32,000 nt of DNA from Geotalea daltonii FRC-32 (GTDB taxonomy: Bacteria > Desulfobacterota > Desulfuromonadia > Geobacterales > Geobacteraceae): the NCBI RefSeq assembly GCF_000022265.1, contig NC_011979.1, positions 4,140,001-4,172,000 on the forward strand, in the 5' to 3' direction. Position numbers and translations under genes: made by a program. Positions 25,576 to 32,000 of this stretch are shown piece after piece (within the stretch, counting starts at the first letter, position 1; each line of letters opens with the position of its first letter). The notes under the pieces are model-generated. The model saw only the letters and a list, made by a program, of their open reading frames with translations. It was not told the DNA's origin and searched no databases.

Positions 25576-25809
25576 ATGGCACCTGATAAAACCACCCCGA
25601 TAACGCCCGGCCGGTACCGGCACTACAAGGGCAACTATTATGAAGTGATCGGCATCGCCAGGGACAGTGAGACCGAGGAGCCTTTCGTTGTCTACCGTTG
25701 CCTCTACGGCGATTATTCCCTCTGGGTAAGGCCCCTATCCCGGTTCGCCGATACCGTCACCATTGAGGGGCAAGATGTGCCGCGTTTTCGACGCTCTCAC
25801 CCTTTTTAA
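25576..25809 (+). CDS. DUF1653 domain protein
   Basis: 77 aa with GRYRHYKGNYYEVIGIARDSETEEPFVVYRCLYGDYSLWVRPLSRF, which matches the DUF1653 consensus as I recall it. The gene starts 4 nt after the upstream stop. Confidence 0.85.
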   Translation: MAPDKTTPITPGRYRHYKGNYYEVIGIARDSETEEPFVVYRCLYGDYSLWVRPLSRFADTVTIEGQDVPRFRRSHPF

Positions 25810-25837
25810 TTATCCTCCTATTGGATGCTCGTCATCA

Positions 25838-28800
25838 TCAATATTTACCCCCTGGTGTGTAACTACCCATACTGTTGCTGCAGGGGCTGCCTCCGCCTGA
25901 CGTCGTGCACGTCGCACTTCCCGATGTCAATTCGTTAACTGCCGTCAATGGCCGGTGATTTGTCAGGGAAAGCGGCGTTACCGTGTTTCTTATGAATGCA
26001 TACGGTCTGCTGGTCTCGGTTGTACCTCGGGGCCACTTGGAATCAGTTCCCGTGCCGGCCAGCCTATTGAAGCCGTGAACGTTCTCGCCACGTGTCGGAC
26101 GACTGGCGGTAATGCTGCTGGAGTGGCAATAGTTGCACCCATAACGCAGATAGGTGACCATGCTGCTGTGCGTACTTGATGCAAGTGCAGAACCGGTGCC
26201 GTGATGTTGAGAGGTGCTCGTGTTATATCCGGCATGGCAGATTTTACAGAGTGTCGTTTCGTTGGTGCTGGCCGCAGGGGTCCCTGTGACTGTTGCCGTG
26301 CCTCGAAGGGTGGCTTGTGCGCCGTGGGCCGTTACGGTACTGGTCTGAACCCCGGATGCACCAACAGGTGCATGGCAATCCCAGCAGGAAATCAGTGGCC
26401 CCCAGCTCGTTATGTCAACGCTACTACCCCTGGTCGCACCGTTCCATGGATTGACCATTCTGGTGGTTTTGGCATACCAGTTATTCTGTTTGCCCATAAC
26501 AGGGTGATAGGATGAGTTGCTTGTGGCAAACGCCGCTGCAATATTGGTGACACCGCCGGTTACCCCGTTAGCGGTTATCCCGGCCCCTGTATATCCTGCT
26601 TCCGCAATGGTAGTGGCAAAGGGCTTTTCTGCAGTCCCACCGGGTACCTGTGCTGTGGTACTTACGGCACCGTTCCCATCATGGCACTTGAGGCAGAAGT
26701 TGATCTGAATAGCGGCCACATCAGCCTCGACGTTCGGGCTACCCAGATCCCGACTGAATCGGGGCGGTTTTGCATCAACAGTGGTGCTCGTATAGGAACC
26801 GGGAGTCCCGCTGAAGGTTACACCTTTGATGGTAGAACCGGTATCCGGATCGCGAAGCTCTATCAGTCCGTTTTGGTGATATGAAGTAGGTTTCCCTGTG
26901 GACATCTCCCCTTCCATGTGGCAGACGATACAGTCGTACTGGGTGACTGCACCACCTGCGGAGCGCTTGTGAGACCAGGTGTTGTTGAATTCAAGGGAAA
27001 CTGCCCTTCGTGAACCATTATTGGCCAGAGGACCCTGTTTTATATCCACAGTTTTACTATGACAAGAGACACAGCTCGGTCCTTCGATGCTGCCGTTCAG
27101 GTGCAGTTGGAAATTCAATATGGTCCCGGTCGCAGAAACGTTGTTGTGACAGCCGCTGCAGGAGGTTGTTGGCACCTGACCACGATGGGCCGACGAAGAT
27201 ATGCCGTAAAGCGGAGGATTGCCGTGGCAGACACCGCAATTGCTTCCCGATCTGGCTGCGGTCCAGGTTACGGTTGCCGTACGCGCTGCTCCGCCACGGC
27301 CGTCCTGGTGGCACTGGTTGGTGGAGCAGGTGCCCCCCGATGAGTAGGGATAGCCCTTGCTGTCTGTTGTATTGGTAGAACCAAAGGTATAGTTGACAAC
27401 AGCAAGGATATCGGCCTTGCCGTCCTCCTCATTATGCAGGTTTGCAGGATGGCAGTTTTTGCAGGCAAAGCCGTAGGCAGTGGCAGTTGTTTTATTGCTG
27501 CCGGTCAGGTTATTAAAGACGGTCCCCTGGTTGTAATGCAGAGCATGTCCTGCCGTTGTACTCACAGAAAGCTGGCCGTTATTGCTGCCGCCATGGCAAC
27601 CATCGCAAATCTTGGGCTCTCCTTTATAGGCAAAGCCGTTATAGGTTGTATCGGAGCTATGGAGATGACACTGGGTGCATACCGTGCCTGAGTTATGGCT
27701 GTCTGAGCTGGTGGCAGTATAGTGTACCATCTTGTTGGGATCTGCATTTTTATAGGTATGGCAAACGTTACAGATACCATTGAAAGGAGCCGCCGTCTTA
27801 GCCCAGTTTGAGGCAGCAGCCTTTGCTACAAAGGAAACATTATTAGTGGTAAAGCTGGACGGCACTCCAGTTGTTCCATCAGAGGTCATTGACGGCTTCA
27901 GGTGTACCATGGCAATGGGTCCTGCATTGGTGCTGGTCCGGTCTCCGTGTGAGTCATGGCAATCCCAGCAGAACTGGCCGCCATTGAGTGATGTGGAATG
28001 CTTGCTGCCGAAGTGATATTTATCCACCTTGCGCTGAGTCGCTGTCTTGGCGGTATATCCGGGCCCTGGCGTTACCCCGGTTGCGCCGACGGAGGCATGA
28101 CAGACAAGACAGACACCATTCCTGCCCCAAGTTGCATGATCGAAATTGCGCAAACGCATCGGATTATTGGTGTCCCCATGGCTGACACTGCTGTATTCAT
28201 GGCAGTACAGACATGGATCGCCTGCCCCACCAGCCGTGGCTGCAGCCGAGGAGAATCCGGCAAAGGCCGCTCCGGTAACGTCATAGGAGCCGGATTGCCT
28301 GCCGTGGCCCGACCAGCTCCATTCAGCCCGGGCAATCTTTGCCATGGTGCTGTTTTTGAAAGCGTAATTGACGGTATCGGCAGTGGCAAAGTGACAATCA
28401 CCGCACTTGTTGGTGCCGCCCCAGGTGAATACCGTTGAAGCATTGCCGCCATGGCAATTGACATTACTACAGCTGGTTTTGGTCGTCGGAGGGTTTGCAG
28501 ACGTGGGGGTAAAGGTATTTGGCAAGCCGATAAATGTTTTCGTGCCGTTGGCAACGACATTGTAATTCTTGTTTACATGGTTTCTCACGCTGGAAATGGT
28601 ATTGCCGCCACTGCCAACCGTGCCGTTGTGGCACCAGTCGCAGGTAAAGCCCCAGAAGACCGCATGCTTGGGATGGCTGTTGGCCTTGCCCTTGTAACCG
28701 TTCTGGTAATCAGGCCCTGTCGGATAGGCCGTATGACAGCTGCCGCAATGAACGTTCGCCTGTACCGTATCCCATTTGATCCAGGGAGTTGAGTAATCGG

Positions 28801-31800
28801 TGAAAGAAAAGGCCCGACTGTGGCAGTAACCGTTTTTACACTGATTATTTCCGGCATCCCAACGGAAAGCTGCAGAGCCGACCGTACTGCTGGCGGAAAT
28901 ATTGCGAAAACCATTGGGATGCTTGGCACGACTGCCGGAAAGAAGCGCAGTATTGCTGGTTGTCGTAGACGCATGACAGGCGGCACAGGTTACCAGGGTG
29001 TTGTTTGTGGAGGTATTGTTGCTGCCGATGGTCCCACCATTGCCATAGGTGTTGGCATGCTTGTTGTGGGGTTTTGACCAGGTGGTGTGCTGAGAGTTCG
29101 GATCATCGGCTGCCTTGTTATGGCAATCCCCACAGGCGGCGGCTCTGCCGGTCCAGCGCAGCACACTGGTCATTGGGGACTGGATCAGATCCAGAGTATT
29201 CGCATAGTTACGTTTGCCCAGGCCGCCGCGTCCGTCCGAGTGGCAGTAGGTGTCGCAGGAAGTGCCGGTTGAATACCCATATCCGCGTCCGTCATAGATC
29301 AAGCCTGTGCCGCGGTAGACCACCTCCGGCCTGCCTGCCCCTGAAGGAATATTGTTGAACGGTGGGCGCATGATGACTTCAGCAACAGAACCATTTGTCA
29401 CGCCGGCAGGAGGCCCATTGAGATGGCTTTCGGTCGGACTGCCGGGATGGCAGACGCCACACATGAAGACGTTGGTGCTGCTGGAAAGATTGACATTGGT
29501 CCATCCTTGTTCGGTTGTACTGGACGGGCGGGTAGAGCGGTTGTAATGCTTACGGTGGGCGGGTGAAAGTGTGGCTGTCGATGTAGTGGTGTTATTGGCC
29601 TCATGGCAGTTGCCGCAGGTGTTAATCGTAGAGGTGTCCCAGTCCCGACTTTGGGTGGTGGAATTGTTGCCGTGGCAGTAAGTATTGGAGCAGACGTGGG
29701 TAGAAGCAAAGCTGCCCGAGAAATTGGCCATCTTGATGAAGTTAATGTCAATCGCACGGTTGATGTGCTTGACGTCGGTGCCGTTGAAGACAGACCGGCC
29801 ATTGGCAGCGACTGTATTCACGTGGCACCAGTTGCAGGTAACCGGCTTGTGTGGCAAGGGCCCGGCACTTATGTGGTTCAGGTGCCGCCCCGAGCTCATC
29901 TGTCTTTGAACGCCAGCCAGGCCGTTGTGACAGTAATTGCACTCGATGGTCCCCTGCTGACCGGCAGCGATGTTGTTCCAGGTCGTAGGAGGCGCCTTGT
30001 AGACACCTGCCCCGTTGGAGTGACAGTAGATCTGGGTACAGCCGTTGGCGGCATAGGCCAACCCGCCGGTCGATTTAGGCCCCCATGCCACGTTGTTCAC
30101 CCTGTTTGCGTGAAGCGAAAAAGCGGTGACATTATCAAAGGCATTTACCGTCGAGGCATGGCACTCGTTGCACTTGAAGTTGAAACCGCTAAAACTGCTG
30201 CTGGTATTGTTCACATGTGCAGTATGACCTTTGGTGGCAATCGGATCGGCTGAGGCTGCATTGTAACCATGACAACCGGCGCACCCCCCCGACAGCGAGC
30301 CTCCCCAGGTAACCGGTTTATTGAAATGGCAGTAGACATTGGTGCACTGTTGGGCACTACTGTCCCAGCGAATTGCCCCGGCGATGCTGTTGCCGGTAAC
30401 GTTGCGGAAGCCATTGGGATGCCTGTCGCGTCTGTTGGCAATAAGAGTAGTATTGTCGGCTGCGGTCGCTGCATGGCAGGCGTTACAGGTGGCATTGGCA
30501 CTGCGGGAGCCGGAAAGGTGCTTAGAGTGGGAACCGGACCAGGTGGGGTTGGCATCACCATACTGGTTGTGACAGTTGCCGCAGACGACCCCGGTTGAGG
30601 TTGTCCACTCCAGTCTTGGCGCCGATGTGCTGTTGCGTTTCCCCGGGTTGCCACGCCCATCGGAGTGGCAGTAGGTATCACAGGTGGTCCCGGTGGAATA
30701 ACCATAGCCGCGGCCATCGTAATTTACGCCGGTGCCACGCGTCACTGTCTCCGGTCTCGTTGCCCCCACAGGAGGTGTAAACGGCAGGCGCAAGGCGACC
30801 TCGGCCACCGAGCCATTGGTAACGCCTGCCGGCGGCCCGCTCAGATGGCTGGTGGTCGGGCTGCCAGGGTGACATACCCCGCACATGAAGACGTTGGTTG
30901 AAACTGAGCGATTTACATTGGCCCAGCCATCCTCCGTGGTATTTGCCGGCCGGCTGCTCGTATTGTAATGCTTGCGGTGGGCCGCTGAAAGGGTGGCTGA
31001 GGTCGTGGTCGTGTTGTTGGCCTCATGGCAGTTACCGCAGGTATTGAGGGTTACCGTATCCCAGTCGCGGGTGGAGGTGGTGGCATTGTTGGTATGGCAG
31101 TAAGTGTTGGAACAGACATGAGTGGAAGTACTGTAGCTACCGGAGAAGTTTGCCATTTTTATGAACGACACATCGATGGTGCGGTTGATGTGCTTGACAT
31201 CTGTACCGTTGTATACCGATTGACCGTTAGATGCCACCGTATTCGAGTGGCACCAATTACATGAGACGGGTCGATGCGGCAGGGGGCCGCCATTGATATG
31301 GTTCAGGTGCCGCCCGGAGCTCATCTGATTCTGGATTCCTGCCAAACCGTTATGGCAGTAATTGCACTCGATTACCCCCTGCTGGTTGTCACCGATGGTC
31401 TTCCATGTCTGGGGAGGGGCTTTATACCTTCCCTTGCCGTTGGAATGGCAGTACACCGTACATGTCTTGGCAGGGTCGTAGGAAAGGACACTGGTCCCCC
31501 CGGTTGGCACATACGCGGCATCGGGGCCCCAGTTCACATCGGCTGCGCCATTGACATGAAGGGAAGTAGAAATCAGCCCGGTGTCGGAGGAATTCACCGT
31601 CGAATTATGACATTCCTGACAACGGAAATTGAACCCGCCAAAACGGACACTGGTGTTGTCGACGTGGGCTTTGTGACCATTGCTGGTAATGGTTGAAACC
31701 GCATCCGCATTGTTACCATGGCAATTTACACAGCCGGTTGAGTAACTGCTGTCACCCCAAGTCGGGTTCTGTCGAGGTGGTTTTCCTTTTCCGTCGCTGT

Positions 31801-32000
31801 GACAGTAAAGATTGGAACATTCTCCATAGGCCGCGCTTGGCGCCATATCACCAGTGGAACCTGCAGCTGCCGGAGTCAAGGAACCGGCCGCCTGGTACCC
31901 GGCTGATGATCCTACCAGAGGGTCCGTCGTTTTCATTGCCCAGCGCACATTCCCCTGGACATGGGAAACATCAATAGCCGGATGACAGAGATCACAGGAG
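25838..32000 (-). CDS. Giant multihaem c-type cytochrome (more than 2050 aa, N-terminus outside the window), at least 46 haem-attachment motifs
   Basis: The 2036-aa track ORF holds 34 CXXCH plus 11 CX3CH/CX4CH motifs by my manual count. The listed GTG at 31948 is not the start. The frame stays open to nt 32000 and encodes a further CDLCH (SCDLCHPAIDVSHVQGN-VRWAMK). The stop is at 25838. The composition is extremely Thr/Ser/Asn/Gly-rich with many HxxH pairs. Confidence 0.95.
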   Translation of the reverse strand, partial: SCDLCHPAIDVSHVQGNVRWAMKTTDPLVGSSAGYQAAGSLTPAAAGSTGDMAPSAAYGECSNLYCHSDGKGKPPRQNPTWGDSSYSTGCVNCHGNNADAVSTITSNGHKAHVDNTSVRFGGFNFRCQECHNSTVNSSDTGLISTSLHVNGAADVNWGPDAAYVPTGGTSVLSYDPAKTCTVYCHSNGKGRYKAPPQTWKTIGDNQQGVIECNYCHNGLAGIQNQMSSGRHLNHINGGPLPHRPVSCNWCHSNTVASNGQSVYNGTDVKHINRTIDVSFIKMANFSGSYSTSTHVCSNTYCHTNNATTSTRDWDTVTLNTCGNCHEANNTTTTSATLSAAHRKHYNTSSRPANTTEDGWANVNRSVSTNVFMCGVCHPGSPTTSHLSGPPAGVTNGSVAEVALRLPFTPPVGATRPETVTRGTGVNYDGRGYGYSTGTTCDTYCHSDGRGNPGKRNSTSAPRLEWTTSTGVVCGNCHNQYGDANPTWSGSHSKHLSGSRSANATCNACHAATAADNTTLIANRRDRHPNGFRNVTGNSIAGAIRWDSSAQQCTNVYCHFNKPVTWGGSLSGGCAGCHGYNAASADPIATKGHTAHVNNTSSSFSGFNFKCNECHASTVNAFDNVTAFSLHANRVNNVAWGPKSTGGLAYAANGCTQIYCHSNGAGVYKAPPTTWNNIAAGQQGTIECNYCHNGLAGVQRQMSSGRHLNHISAGPLPHKPVTCNWCHVNTVAANGRSVFNGTDVKHINRAIDINFIKMANFSGSFASTHVCSNTYCHGNNSTTQSRDWDTSTINTCGNCHEANNTTTSTATLSPAHRKHYNRSTRPSSTTEQGWTNVNLSSSTNVFMCGVCHPGSPTESHLNGPPAGVTNGSVAEVIMRPPFNNIPSGAGRPEVVYRGTGLIYDGRGYGYSTGTSCDTYCHSDGRGGLGKRNYANTLDLIQSPMTSVLRWTGRAAACGDCHNKAADDPNSQHTTWSKPHNKHANTYGNGGTIGSNNTSTNNTLVTCAACHASTTTSNTALLSGSRAKHPNGFRNISASSTVGSAAFRWDAGNNQCKNGYCHSRAFSFTDYSTPWIKWDTVQANVHCGSCHTAYPTGPDYQNGYKGKANSHPKHAVFWGFTCDWCHNGTVGSGGNTISSVRNHVNKNYNVVANGTKTFIGLPNTFTPTSANPPTTKTSCSNVNCHGGNASTVFTWGGTNKCGDCHFATADTVNYAFKNSTMAKIARAEWSWSGHGRQSGSYDVTGAAFAGFSSAAATAGGAGDPCLYCHEYSSVSHGDTNNPMRLRNFDHATWGRNGVCLVCHASVGATGVTPGPGYTAKTATQRKVDKYHFGSKHSTSLNGGQFCWDCHDSHGDRTSTNAGPIAMVHLKPSMTSDGTTGVPSSFTTNNVSFVAKAAASNWAKTAAPFNGICNVCHTYKNADPNKMVHYTATSSDSHNSGTVCTQCHLHSSDTTYNGFAYKGEPKICDGCHGGSNNGQLSVSTTAGHALHYNQGTVFNNLTGSNKTTATAYGFACKNCHPANLHNEEDGKADILAVVNYTFGSTNTTDSKGYPYSSGGTCSTNQCHQDGRGGAARTATVTWTAARSGSNCGVCHGNPPLYGISSSAHRGQVPTTSCSGCHNNVSATGTILNFQLHLNGSIEGPSCVSCHSKTVDIKQGPLANNGSRRAVSLEFNNTWSHKRSAGGAVTQYDCIVCHMEGEMSTGKPTSYHQNGLIELRDPDTGSTIKGVTFSGTPGSYTSTTVDAKPPRFSRDLGSPNVEADVAAIQINFCLKCHDGNGAVSTTAQVPGGTAEKPFATTIAEAGYTGAGITANGVTGGVTNIAAAFATSNSSYHPVMGKQNNWYAKTTRMVNPWNGATRGSSVDITSWGPLISCWDCHAPVGASGVQTSTVTAHGAQATLRGTATVTGTPAASTNETTLCKICHAGYNTSTSQHHGTGSALASSTHSSMVTYLRYGCNYCHSSSITASRPTRGENVHGFNRLAGTGTDSKWPRGTTETSRPYAFIRNTVTPLSLTNHRPLTAVNELTSGSATCTTSGGGSPCSNSMGSYTPGGKY
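28841..31819 (-). repeat. Diverged tandem duplication of a ~475-500-aa, 12-haem module inside the cytochrome gene
   Basis: Module A (aa 44-534 of the track ORF; 30347-31819) and module B (aa 535-1036; 28841-30346) carry the same ordered 12 motifs. Module A has CSNLYCH, CVNCH, CQECH, CTVYCH, CNYCH, CNWCH, CSNTYCH, CGNCH, CGVCH, CDTYCH, CGNCH, CNACH. Module B has CTNVYCH, CAGCH, CNECH, CTQIYCH, CNYCH, CNWCH, CSNTYCH, CGNCH, CGVCH, CDTYCH, CGDCH, CAACH. The CNYCH Cys codons at 31364-31366 and 29939-29941 are 1425 nt apart. Confidence 0.85.

Noticed and set aside
25955-31977. About 30 plus-strand and off-frame minus-strand ORFs of 60-216 aa
   Set aside because: All overlap the single 6.1-kb cytochrome frame. 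None has haem motifs or an RBS. Several occur in pairs (for example 29603 and 31025) only because they mirror the internal module duplication.

Overview
The window looks like a Geobacter-type (Desulfuromonadales-like) chromosome segment. That lineage guess is an inference from gene content; no search was run. All family assignments come from motifs read by eye. From left to right the window holds the following. (1) The 3' part of a DUF4139/MuiA-like gene. (2) A seven-gene minus-strand hdrCBA-flxDCBA cluster (1320-9166). Its intercistronic spacers are filled with two families of structured repeats, and its hdrA/mvhD junction is tandemly triplicated with a 303-bp period (4777-5669). (3) Two translationally coupled ABC half-transporter genes. 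(4) A more A+T-rich gene for a secreted YVTN-beta-propeller/CARDB protein that ends in three near-identical 366-bp tandem repeats. (5) selB. (6) A chemoreceptor gene with no periplasmic domain and a very long signalling domain, followed by a stand-alone CheY-like receiver. (7) mogA, a SMUG1-family uracil-DNA glycosylase and a PHP-domain protein. (8) An orphan acidic protein. (9) An SPFH/GYF, double zf-TFIIB and DUF1653 operon. (10) A giant multihaem c-type cytochrome gene on the minus strand that runs off the right edge. It has at least 46 haem-attachment motifs in the window and a hierarchical triad / 12-haem-module repeat structure. I found no rRNA, tRNA, CRISPR array, transposase or integrase. 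The most unusual items are the giant cytochrome, the triplicated hdrA/mvhD junction, the repeat-laden operon spacers and the CARDB tandem expansion.
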